Of a stretch of DNA of 64,000 nt, positions 26,114-37,344 are shown one piece after another (the stretch's first letter is position 1; each line of letters begins with the position of its first letter). Made by a program: the position numbers and the translations under genes. Under the pieces are notes generated by a model that was not told the DNA's origin, did not search any database, and was given only the letters and a program-made list of their open reading frames with translations. This DNA comes from Kudoa neothunni (taxonomy: Eukaryota; Animalia; Cnidaria), in assembly GCA_964304625.1 (NCBI GenBank), contig OZ199840.1:10881224-10945223 (forward strand), read 5' to 3'.

Positions 26114-27987
26114 CGACCTTAGACTATTTTCAGCTAAAACAAAGTTTGGAAATTAAGCCCTAGATACGACTGATTGAGACTTATGTGGTTGGTTCCTATT
26201 ATAAATTAAGTTTCCATTATAAAAATCTATTAATCTAACACTTGTCAGAAAATTAATTCCCTTTCTTCAATTAAAATTGGAGGATGTTTTATTGATAAAA
26301 ACGCCGATCTATGAAAGAATTGTGTTTTAGTTTAAAACTAGAAATATGACGTACACTCCTTTTTGGTGTGTCTGAAAGTTTGTGAATAGAGAAATATTTT
26401 CTAGAATAATTTAGTTATCGGTAAAAACGGCTCTCATTGAGTAATACAATGGGTTGTTGAACGACAAAACCATTCATGTACAAGCCTTATATTCATTCGC
26501 ATGCTCTCGTTCATGCTTTCCAAGAGATATGGTGGCTTTTAAATATATTTTTTCTGGTTCTACAAAAAGAGGAAATTCTAAACATAATTAAATGTTTAAA
26601 ATGACAAATATTGCAATAATTTTTTTTTATTAATTGTACGCAAATAGTTTTTAAATAATTTCCTTAACCTCAACCAAAATTATAAGCGTGACAAAAATGT
26701 TTTTACTTATATTTGTGATTCTTAACTATAGATAACATTCCTAAGGTTGTCTAATACCCTATTTCAACTGAATCAAAAAAGAAATTCTTAAAGTAAAGCG
26801 TTTTAAATATTTTTACGGTGTTTATTTTGTTATAGTTACGTCTTCTCAATATATAATTAAACAACTAAAATATTGTCGACTGCATTTAAATAATGTTTTA
26901 TTAAGCTGGAAAATAAATATTTGTTTAAATGTAGGAATATTCCAGGAAATTCTTCAAAATCAATTTCCAGCGTAGCGTATTCGAATTCTTCACTATAACT
27001 TCTTTATATATGAGATCAATAATTGATCTAACACATGAAATTATTAACTTATAATTAAATTTTAAGCACATAAATTGCTTCTCGAATCTAGAAGAAATAT
27101 TATCAAAATAAATAATCCAAACTTTGAAAAAATAGAATATTCTATGAAATATTATTTCACTAAAAAATTGTTTCACATACTTTGGTCAATTATAGTAGAC
27201 ATATACGAAAAATAACTGAACTTTTATCGTAAGATAAGTATCACTATATTTTATGAGGGAATAAACTCTTTTTTTTGGAGTAATAACCACATATTACTTG
27301 AAGGGTTATAAAATATCTAAAAAATCAGTAAAATAATATTTTATGAGTAAAGTTTTAAGATTTTTTTAAATATATCATCCATATTGATAAATTTAGTAAT
27401 ATTTTAGGATTGTTAGTTGGTAAAGATATTCCATTAATTAAATTAAAATAATACTTGATGGATACTTAATTGTTAGGATAGATTCGCTTTATTCATTACT
27501 GTAGTTACACTTTAAGCAATTAAACTATGCTTTTTAAGATATTACCATTAAAATCTCAACAAAGTATTTTAGAACATGACTTTAACTGTGTATTATTATA
27601 TAAAGAATTCATTATGCTCAATTATGTAGATCAAACAAAGTGTTTCGAAAATTAAAAGTTTATCGAAACATTCTCTCTCCTATAGGTTGGAGTTGGGTTG
27701 GTTTCAAACATCCAAGCCTGTTCAATTCGATAATTATCACGAGAATCCCTCTGATTGGAATCCACGATAAATAGCCCAGCTCTACCACAGACACATACAT
27801 CACAAATAATTTAAAATTTTCAATTTTTGAACCATGTGGTCATAAAAAACTTATTCAAATAATCAATGAATCAAAAATAAATATAATGCGTACAATTATT
27901 TTAAATTCTATTAAAAGATAGCATATTCCGACAAAAAAAGAATAAAAATAACTCAACACTAAAAACAATAACACATCAACTATTAAT

Positions 27988-28530
27988 TCAATCTAACAGA
28001 TCGATCATGCCGATACTAATTAAATAATCTTCAACGTCTGATGTGGGGAAATCATCGATACCACCGAAAGCATCAAACCCCACGATTCTCTTGGCAACTA
28101 CTCCTTTTTTGAAACAGAAGATAGTGGGTATAATTCTACATGCCAGTTTCTCACACAATGGTACAAATCGTTCAACATTGAGAGAACAAATTCTAGTTTC
28201 AAGATGTTTTTCGGCGAGTAGTTTGAGGTGCATGTCCAAAATTTTACACCTGGTGGAATCACCCTTGAAAAAGTGAATAATTAATCGCTCTTCATCTCGT
28301 CCGATAATGAAAAATTCTCTCTCATCGACCAATTCTTTGTATTCGCCATGCCCTATAGAACGAAGTCGTTGAGCATCTTCCTTGCGTTTAATCATTTTCT
28401 TTAATCGTTCACTTCTCATCTTCTCGAGTTCATCCTGGTTTCCCAAGACGTTATCCAAGTAGTTGATTTCATCATCGATGATGTTCTCTACATTGGAGAG
28501 GACTTTTTTTTCAATTTCCTCCTGTTTCAT
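27988..28530 (-). CDS. TXNDC9: Thioredoxin domain-containing protein 9 / phosducin-like protein 3; intronless CDS
   Basis: Motifs ELEKMRSERL, GHGEYKEL..E.EFF, HFFK..STRCKILDMHLKLLAEKHLETR and IPTI..IVGF..FGGIDDFPT are typical of PhLP3. Confidence 0.93.
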   Translation of the reverse strand: MKQEEIEKKVLSNVENIIDDEINYLDNVLGNQDELEKMRSERLKKMIKRKEDAQRLRSIGHGEYKELVDEREFFIIGRDEERLIIHFFKGDSTRCKILDMHLKLLAEKHLETRICSLNVERFVPLCEKLACRIIPTIFCFKKGVVAKRIVGFDAFGGIDDFPTSDVEDYLISIGMIDLLD

Positions 28531-28883
28531 CGTCGTTGACAGACCAATGGCGTGCGCAATTGTAAAAATAAAGGTTTATTTTTATTTTTTAAAGTTTTTC
28601 TAGAGTTTCACTATTAGAGTGGCAGAAAATAAGTTGAGGAGAGAAAATATTATTTTTGAGATCACCTTTATTGAACTTTAAATGATAACATGCTTTAAAA
28701 TGAATGAATAGACCAGATGTTATTGTTCATGATCTTTACATTATGAATAATTATTTTTAAATGTAAAATTAAATAGACGACATTTATCTCACAAAATCAA
28801 TTCATAAATTTTAACAAAATCTTTGTTCAATTCAATCATGGTCGAACAATCTTGTAATCTTAATTTTTTTCCAAAAGTCCATA

Positions 28884-29386
28884 CAATGCAGCAACCTCGG
28901 CTTTCGACCATAATCCGTTCTAGAAATTTGTTCGAACTCCGAATCGATTTTCCCGTGTAAAATAATGACTATTTTTGTTCTTATTTGTTAAAATCCAAGC
29001 ATGCCTTGTGTTTATAAATATATAACAAATCAACATTAAATATAATAATCAAAATGAGATGATATACGATGCAACAAAAGCTCCGAATTGGGATTCGAAC
29101 ATGCGTTATTAGCATTGAAAGGCGGTGGTGCCGTGTCGCTCTGCTCTGCTCTGCTCTCGATTACAATCCACATGTCATGTTACGTAAGATAAATATTTGT
29201 TGGTCGTCATACGATAGATTATAAAGTGTTTTCTTTCGATGACACAATAATTTGATCGAGCTAATCTTCTTTCTTCTCTGTTTTTTGCTCCAACTGGATT
29301 GGATTTGTTCTGAATATTCTGTCTACGTGCTCGAACTCAAAGGTGTTCCTGACTTAAAATTTTTGGTCGAACTCCGAGGTTTAACT
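28884..29386. mobile_element. pogo/Tigger-like MITE carrying a tRNA-like segment (copy 1)
   Basis: TA-flanked. Ends are ..CAACCTCGGCTTTCGACCA / TGGTCGAACTCCGAGGTTTAACT. Colinear with 63462-64000. A B-box GTTCGAATCC lies on the minus strand at ~29091-29100. Confidence 0.8.
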
Positions 29387-30071
29387 TAACTCTACTTCGT
29401 ATATATTTCATTAGATATAGCAAATAAAACGTCAGTGAAGTTGATAACATTTTTGAAGTAGTTTTGATGAAAGAGTTAATACGGAAGTTTGGAATTCCCT
29501 CGATGGTATACCTTCAAGAAAAAACAAAAAATTAATTTACTCGTTTTATAATAGTATATTTTATTTGTTCGCATTATTAACTTTTTATTTTAAATAAATG
29601 CATTTTTCATAAAACTGTGCGGGACGTTTAACGCGGAATTAGTCATCAAAATGTTGTGTATAATTCAAAATCTGATTCTTTTTAGTTTTAGGGGACGCAG
29701 CCCCACCTATGCCCATTTTAGGGAGTATGAACCCCAAAGTAAATGGGGAAGCTCTACTAGTTCAGGATTAAAATTTATCAAACAAATAACATCCTCCTTT
29801 TATATTATATAGAAACAATCAAGAATAAAATTGTTTAAATTCAGAAAAATATAAAAATTAATCTTATTCGTAATCAACAACAGACAGCGAATATTAAAAG
29901 AGTTTCTCAGCTTTATAATATTTATAATAAGAAGAGTTAGAGAATATTAATGTGTAAATCAGGAGAAAAAATCAGAAAAAAGATATCAAAAACAAACCTA
30001 AAAAATCTAATCAAAAACTAATCTCTATCATATTCCTACATGTTTAAATAAACATAAAAATTAATTTTTAT

Positions 30072-33000
30072 CTAAAACATTGACATTCCAGTAGATTCTT
30101 TGGGATGAGGCTTAAATTAAAAAATCAAAACAATTCACTATGTCCAAGGACAGATTACCACAGCATTAAATTGTACATATTTTGGTGTGCAATCCGAGTC
30201 GATATGTATGAATGCCCCTTTGTTTGTGTTGATATCACTAAATTATGGTGAGTGGAATATTCAAGATAGCAAATAAATTACCAATAATTTGGCGCCGAAA
30301 AAATAGTTATACACTTGCCATCGTGGTCAATTCTGTATCCATCTTCGACCATCTCATGACTTCTTATGATGAAATCTAGATTGGTATAACAATGATAAAA
30401 AAATTAATCTGAATCGAATTAAATTGAGAAGAAAACCAACCAAGATTGTTTAAAGAACAGAACCGTTCAGTAACATCAGGTCCAAACAACTTGCTAGTGC
30501 CTCTGTGACTGGGAGCCCATCCATCCTACAATTGGATTTAGTATAGCACTCAATTATCAAGTGTTACTTTGTTGTGAGGATCAGCCCATAAAAGATCACA
30601 CATAACAGCTAAATATTTAGCCATCAATTGAGAATACCACCATAAATATTATATATATATATATATATATATAACTATACATCCATCGGTAACTTCGGTG
30701 AATCGACTTATTCGACTAATATCATCCAAAGTGACTCCATCTTTGGAAGGAAGCCCCCCGTGCACCACCTAAAACAAACCCGTTACCACAAACTCACCAA
30801 GTTAATATACAAATATTTTTCCGTTGATAACAGTGGCAAGTGGTAGATGTTTGAAAACTTCACTGAATAGGTTGAACACATACGGCGAATATTTATTATG
30901 GACTTGTTGTTGGAACCCGAACATTTGGTTCATTGCTATGGTTTCATGGTTTCCTATAAAAACAGTTTCGTTTTACTTAGCACAGGAAGCTCATTGTATA
31001 TTTTGAAATGATATTTAATTGTATATATAGTTTGCGAATGTCCACCACCATGTGCATTCGATAGTGATGGTCATCAGACAAACAAATTAATATTGGTCAA
31101 GTATCTGAACTGCACAACACACATTTTATTGTACAAATCACCAATTGACCGTCAAACATAGATGCATACACATATTTTTAAAATGGAGCATTCGTTTGAA
31201 GTACCTCGGTTCAACAAAAATTTTCCGGGATACAAAACCATGTAACAGAACAGCACTGTTATGACTTCAATTGAAAATGCTCCTCTGTCAACAAAATCCC
31301 CATTGAAAAGCTAAAAATGGAACGGATTAATTAAAACCGAATATATCAAAATTTTTGAGTAAATTATTAAAATTCATTTAATAATTACGCAGTAAATAAA
31401 TAATGTGATTTTTATAATACAATCCTATAATAAATAATTTATGATTAATTAAAAGCACTAAGTCACATCGTTTTCAAACTATCAACCTTATTCTATGAAT
31501 ATACATACATATTCTGTGGTCACAATAAAACTATCACCTTTCATTATTTCTAATTAAGCACTAATTATATTTACTATTATTTTAGAACGAACTATTAAAG
31601 ACTGAAATTATCTAATACAACAAATTCTAGTGTTTAATGATGAGTTATCCATTTGAGAAAAAAAAGTGAAATCGAAATTAACAATACATGAACTAAATAC
31701 AATAAACTAACGGCATACTGTGTATGTCATTATATTTTAGCATATTTTTTCATAATCTTATCCTTATAAGAAGAGAAATAATAATAATATGATTTCAGGG
31801 TTATACTTTTGATAGTTTAATCCTTTTAAACTTCAACGTGCTTTACAATAAATACCGAAAATCACTCGTTCTCAGAGAATATTGACAATATAACCAAATA
31901 TTTTATGCAACGAATAATCACAGCTTTAACTTTAAGGCGACGGACCATACCGCTCTGCAGTTGACTGTGTATATATAAGTCTTGGTTACAGTCCTTACAA
32001 CCAACCATTGCATCAAGTAATCAGAAAAATGAATAAAACCATCAAATTAACAAATATTCTCAAAAAATAATTCTTTGTATTTATCGGGCATGCATTCGCC
32101 TAGGTAGTGCAAGGCTGCCAGGGGTGTTTAAAAAAATCCAAGGATGGACCACCAAATAATATAGTCGTATCTATTAACGATTTTAATTTTCTTCCGGTTC
32201 TGTAATTACGTCTTCAAATATTAAATTTAAATTAATCGTCGTATTATTTAAATTTTTTGGCGTTAACACTCAATCATACTTAATGTTTAGCATAGATCAA
32301 TATTTTCACAATTAAATACTTCATAGTTCAAGTTATATTTAGAAATAACGTTTAAAATTTCCAATAATATGCGACGGTGTTTATTGAATAATTATGCAAT
32401 TGTGCCAAGTTAACAATCTAATGTGCTGTTGTTCAGTATCGTAAATGTTTAAACCCTGCATAATGTAATCTGAATAGAATACCTTATTAAAAATATGAAT
32501 GCCGCGCATAAAAAAATTATGTTATTATTCACTGTTTACATATTTTAAATAGAAACCCAAGATTTTGTAAAAAATAAAAAAACCACTAAGAATCTAAAGG
32601 AATCTAAAGTGATCATAAAAACACAAGCTCTGTGTATTGCATAAATTTTAGTTATTGTCGAGAAATTCGAAATTTACATAATAGAAAGGATAACTCACAA
32701 TTAATCAGTAATAACACTAGATTATCCTTAATTTAAATTAAAAAATTGGTTCAGTTGTATCGCATTAATATATTAATATAATCGACAGTTATTGAGTATT
32801 TTTTGTTGGTCCCAAAAATTACACAACATCCAAAGTTTATTGTGGTTCGAGCATTCACGAAAATGTGAAAATTAAACCAATAAATTATGGCACAATTAAA
32901 TTTTATTGTAATTGAATAAACAATATAAATGGAGAATAATTCCGCACACAACTAAGCTAAAATGATTTTATTTAAGAATTTTATAAAAATTAGACTTTTC

Positions 33001-33543
33001 AAAAGGATTATTATAGAGTTTGAATAATTTATCGCCAAATCCCCGTTACGTTTTCAATACACCGTAATGTATTAAATGAGCGGATTTAGTGATAAAAATA
33101 TTTGACAAATTTATTCACATTTTATCATGGATTATTGCGATCAACTTAATTAACCTTCCGCGCGCTTTAAGGTCTATTCGACACCAAAACATTTTGTTTT
33201 ACTAATTTTATATACTTATTGGAATCAGATAAGGTTAATATCTGGTGTATTCTCCTAAAAGGAACACAATAATTTTATAATCATTTATTTTATAAAAATA
33301 TTACAGTTTTTATTGACTCTAACAACTGCAAAAATTATTATATGCATCATACTAAAATTAAAACAGATTTTATCGAATAAATTAAGAGAAAATAACGAAA
33401 CAAAGAACGACGATGTATACTCCGACCAAAAATAGTGTGATATGGAATACTGAAGTCCCGAAAACATCGAATGTGTGCAAAGAAAGTATTTTAAACAATT
33501 ATCAAATGTGGAATTCCGCGCCTACATAGTACATAGGTGTGCT

Positions 33544-33574
<31 letters not shown>

Positions 33575-36500
33575 CAATATTCAAATCAAAATTAGAGTCT
33601 AAAAACACTTTGGAGTAAGGATAAAGGTAGGGAAATATTTAGAAGTATCATGCCTTTGAGAGGATTTATTGAAATTACAAGAGCACTCCATTTCGACGAT
33701 GATACAACCAGAGCCGAAAGAAAACCAACCGATAAACTTTGTCAAATACAGGAAATATTTGAAAATATCAAGAAATTAGTCCAATTTAACCGTTAATGAA
33801 CAACTGGTTGCTTATTTGAGGAGGAAATGCCTTCTAAACCGGCTGGCTGTATATGTAATCAAATTTTTCTTGTTTGTTGACCTATCAACGAACTTTTGTC
33901 ACAATATCTCGATTTATCTTGGAAAACAAAATAATCTAAAATAATCCAAAATAATCAAAGAGTAGAATGTTTGGGTGAAAACATAGTGTTAGACCTTGTG
34001 TCGTATTTAAAAGACAGTGGTAGAAATATTGTCGCTGATAAACTATTAAACCTCGGTATAACTATAACAGTGGTTGGAACAATCAGGCCAAACAAAAGAG
34101 ACATCCCCGAAGTATTGAAGACAAATAAATCTAGGGAATTTTATAGTACACTTTTTCTTTTCCATGGGGAAGAAAAGTTGGTGTCTTAAGTCCCAAAAAA
34201 AAATGAGTCAGTTATACTTTTGGTTACCTCCTCAGTAAATACAAATGTGGCTTCTGATGAATGCAAAAAACCTGAAGTCATTACATATTACAACAACAAA
34301 AAAGGTGGTGTGGATACTGTCAACCGAATTCTCGTTTCGACTAATGTCAAAATATACTCAAAACGTTGTTGTTTATTTTATTATTTTAGATATCAGTCCA
34401 ATAAATTCATTTTATCTTTATAAACTCGTACTTAATGGAAACAAAATTAGGAAAGAACAGTTTCTGGATAAAATTGCGGACGAATTTGTCAAATTGCCGA
34501 AAAAGATGTGGCGCTGTGTTCAAGGAATAATGACCGAAAAACTAAGAATTCTTGCATTATTTGTTTAAGATTTTGTTGTGAGAAACACTTTCAGTTTGTC
34601 TGCATTGAGTGCTCAGCAGATAATAGAAATTAATATGATTGATGATGGTTTTCTATCATTTCACCTCCATTAATTTGAGATTTCTCTCAATTAAAATTTA
34701 AGTTACATGTAGGGTCATTCGAATTCGCTTGAACCATTATTAATTAATGATGACTATTTTAATTCTTATGAATAATAATAATAATAATACGATATTTATT
34801 AGAATATTTAATAAATTTTCTACTAAATCTAAATCATTCAGGTTTATAAATGTTATAATATTATCACACGAGATTGGAGCGAAGGAATTAAATCTATCGT
34901 AATGCGTTACTCCCCCTCGAACATTGTCGCCATTTAATAATTTTACATATTTTTACGTATTTTTACAATAATGTCTAAATTCCCATGCGAGCTTTAGATA
35001 AACTATCGCCTTTAAACTTTAAAGAGCCAATAATAAAAACGTGTGGTATAATAGTTAAATAGACCCCAAAAAGCACAAAGTATGTAGTGGATTTTGATGC
35101 GTTCGGAAGGTTAAAATGACAAAAACTACTGGCAAGGTAAATTATAATTCTCAAACGTATCTGCGTAGTCGCGGTCTAAATTTGTTTGTAATCTCAACAA
35201 CTTTCACTCAAAAGTGACATACACATTCAAATATTTGTGGCCCATCAATTCGTCCTTAGAAGTCAGAAATAATGATAATTAAATATAATAAATACCAATT
35301 TTATAAAAAGCGTTAACGTCACAAATAATTATTTTTAAGTATTTATCGCGAACTAAAAAAAGATATAACTTACGTAAAAATGTTGATCAGAGGGATAACC
35401 ATCGGTTTCAAAAATATTGATGAAATCAAAAAACTGACCATGCACATCACCACACACAGTCATTCTGCCATCCTAAGAACACATGATATCTACCACATGT
35501 AGATAGAAAAGCAACATTTACTTCAGGCGTATTGACACGAACTAATGATGGCAAATTAACCAAATAATCCTTGGCCAATTTCAATATCTATTAATTTTAT
35601 ATAAATCTCCAGATCTCAGCCAACTGTAATCTACTGTAAGAAGGTATTTTGAGCAAAGCATTCGTCGATCTTTGTAGAATTTTATGAGATCGGTGACAAA
35701 TTCCAACGTTATTTTGTATTTGCCTTCGGTCTCATCGTACAACAAATGTGGACCTTCGTATTTGCTATCTACACCTAACAACCAACCATCAAGAAATAAA
35801 AAGCTCGTCAAACAAACGACAATTATCTCCTACTTAAAGATTCCACATTCAGTGAATCTATCATCAACTTCTGTTCGTATGATATAGCTTCGGCGAATAG
35901 ACTTTGGTTGATTTTATTTTGGCAATATTTATAATTATTTAATGTATTTTTATCATGAGGTTTAATCTTAACGATCTAAAAATAGGAAAAAACTCATGAA
36001 ACTATTAACGGGTAAATTCGCGCAAATTTTTATGCTAAAATTCAACTCGTACATGCTTAAAATCTGAGGAGGCCTCCCTAAATTTCAACATTGCCATATA
36101 GGCAGCACCACGTCTATAATATGCTTTCAAATAGTTAGAATCCAATTGGATAGCTAAATTAGCATCTTCAACCGCTTGTTGATATTTCTCCAATTTCAAA
36201 TAGCAAAAACTTCGATTGGCATAAAGAATCGCATTCTCTTTGTCCAAATCGATAGCTTGGCTATAAAGATCACATGATCTAATAAACTTCCCACCTAAAT
36301 TTCACACATTACCAATTACTCAAACCAATAGATAATAATAGATAATCATAATAGGTAATAGATAATAGGTAATAGATGGGTGTATATAATTTAATAAGTG
36401 GCCAATTAAGTTTATTGTCTCGTAATTCCTTAGGGATTAAATAACAACAACCTTCTTGTGCACACAATACATCCCATACATTCAATACAATAATTCTATC

Positions 36501-36613
36501 GAATACAGCTTTTAAACATCCATTATAATGAAACAATAATATGAAAAATAGAACAAACTTGAAAACAACTCGTTAGCTTCTAGCCGAATGGACTCTGATG
36601 TGGCCATCCTCAT
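30072..36613 (-). CDS. PPP5C: Serine/threonine protein phosphatase 5 (TPR plus PPP catalytic domain), multi-exon
   Basis: (MR)MATSESIRLEANELFS|SGKF..LYSQAIDLDKENAILYANRS..KAYYRRG (TPR), then YEGPHL, VCGDVHGQFFD, FNGDFVDRG, RGNHE, VHGG, LLWADP, RSHE, FSAPNY and PHPKESTGMSMF*. The start is either 36613 or 36607. Confidence 0.96.
31017..31152 (-). ncRNA. Candidate intronic box H/ACA guide RNA (snoRNA/scaRNA) in a PPP5C intron
   Basis: Hairpin 1: GGUCAA/UUGACC lower stem and UUGUACAAU/GUUGUGCAG upper stem. H box AUAUUA at 31093-31088. Hairpin 2: GUUUGU/GCAAAC and CCAUCACUA/UGGUGGUGG. Tail AUA/ACA. About 130 nt, same sense as the host gene. Pockets are complementary to recalled U2 snRNA and 18S rRNA sequences. 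Confidence 0.72.
32200..32565. repeat. Inverted, uninterrupted copy of the 13740-14290 dispersed repeat
   Basis: The reverse complement reads ..ttcagattacattatgcagggtttaaacattt.. with no hAT insert. Confidence 0.75.
33154..35110 (+). mobile_element. piggyBac transposon, decayed, antisense in the large PPP5C intron
   Basis: TTAA|CCTTCCG ... CGGAAGG|TTAA. Fragments FRSIMPLRGF..LHFDD, DSGRNIVAD, VGTIRPNKRDIP, KKPEVITYYNNKKGGVDT and Cys-rich tail remnants, with many frameshifts. Confidence 0.92.
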
Positions 36614-36714
36614 GCACTATAGATTATCGATGGTGTTCGGTATTCATCGAACAAATATAGGTGCACCTTTCGTTTTTGAACTAGTTGCTCCTTTGCACAT
36701 ACTCCCACTTAATC
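36614..36714. promoter_or_regulatory. Putative bidirectional promoter between PPP5C and MRPS25
   Basis: The divergent ATGs at 36613 (-) and 36715 (+) are only about 100 bp apart. Confidence 0.7.
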
Positions 36715-37344
36715 ATGGTCATCACAAAAGTTCCATATAGACAAACAATAGAATTTCTGGAAGATTTCCCCCACAGATTTAAACCTTTTGTTAAAGTGTT
36801 AACTATTTTTGTTAATCACACTCCTTCCTCCCTTGGCACCAAGTGATTAATTAATGATTAATAATGTGTTGGTGGAGAAATTTGAAATGTTTTTTTCACT
36901 TTAAATTCAGACGATTTTTAATGAATTATGTTCCTAAAATCAGCTATTCACATCCCCACATTCAAATTTCCACCATGAGACAAAATATGTATGGACCATA
37001 TATCCGAATATTTTATGGTGGGAATCTAATATTAGAATTATTGATTTAATTTTATTGCAGAAGATGGAAGTGAGACTTTGTGTGATACGGCCGATAGAAC
37101 CTCAGATGAAATTATGAAGAATCTTGCGTTGTTGATTGGTGTGAAAAAGTATATTCTGTGGTCGTGAGTGTTGTGTGATTTGGTTTGTATTTCTGAAAGT
37201 GATGAAACCAACTCCCCAATTTCGAAACCTTACGTCCCAAACTTCGGTTATGATTGTCGATACTTTTGTATCTGTCAACGGCCAGGACAGATGCCGTGTT
37301 CTAGATTCAAGAAAACATCGGACTCCACAAATCCCTCCGATTAA
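36715..37344 (+). CDS. MRPS25: Mitochondrial small-subunit ribosomal protein mS25, 4 exons
   Basis: MVITKVPYRQTIEFLEDFPHRFKPFVKVLTIFVNHTPSSLGTK|RFLMNYVPKISYSHPHIQISTMRQNMYGPYIRIFY|EDGSETLCDTADRTSDEIMKNL..|..PNFGYDCRYFCICQRPGQMPC..*. This follows the metazoan mS25 layout, including the NFG..C...CIC..GQ.PC zinc motif. Confidence 0.9.

Noticed and set aside
27695-27730. tRNA-Sec-like words (TTCAAAC, GTTCAATTC)
   Set aside because: No acceptor stem, D-arm or long variable arm can be formed, and the spacing is wrong.
31040-31078. CUGAUGA plus hairpin as a hammerhead ribozyme or C/D box
   Set aside because: No GAAA follows the stem and there is no suitably placed D box; the H/ACA model explains the region better.
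36297-36558. Second H/ACA candidate in PPP5C intron 1 (AUAGAA .. GGGAU/AUCCC stem .. ACA)
   Set aside because: Only one loose hairpin, no convincing partner hairpin or target, and the intron length is partly explained by a short tandem repeat. Still worth including in a scan.
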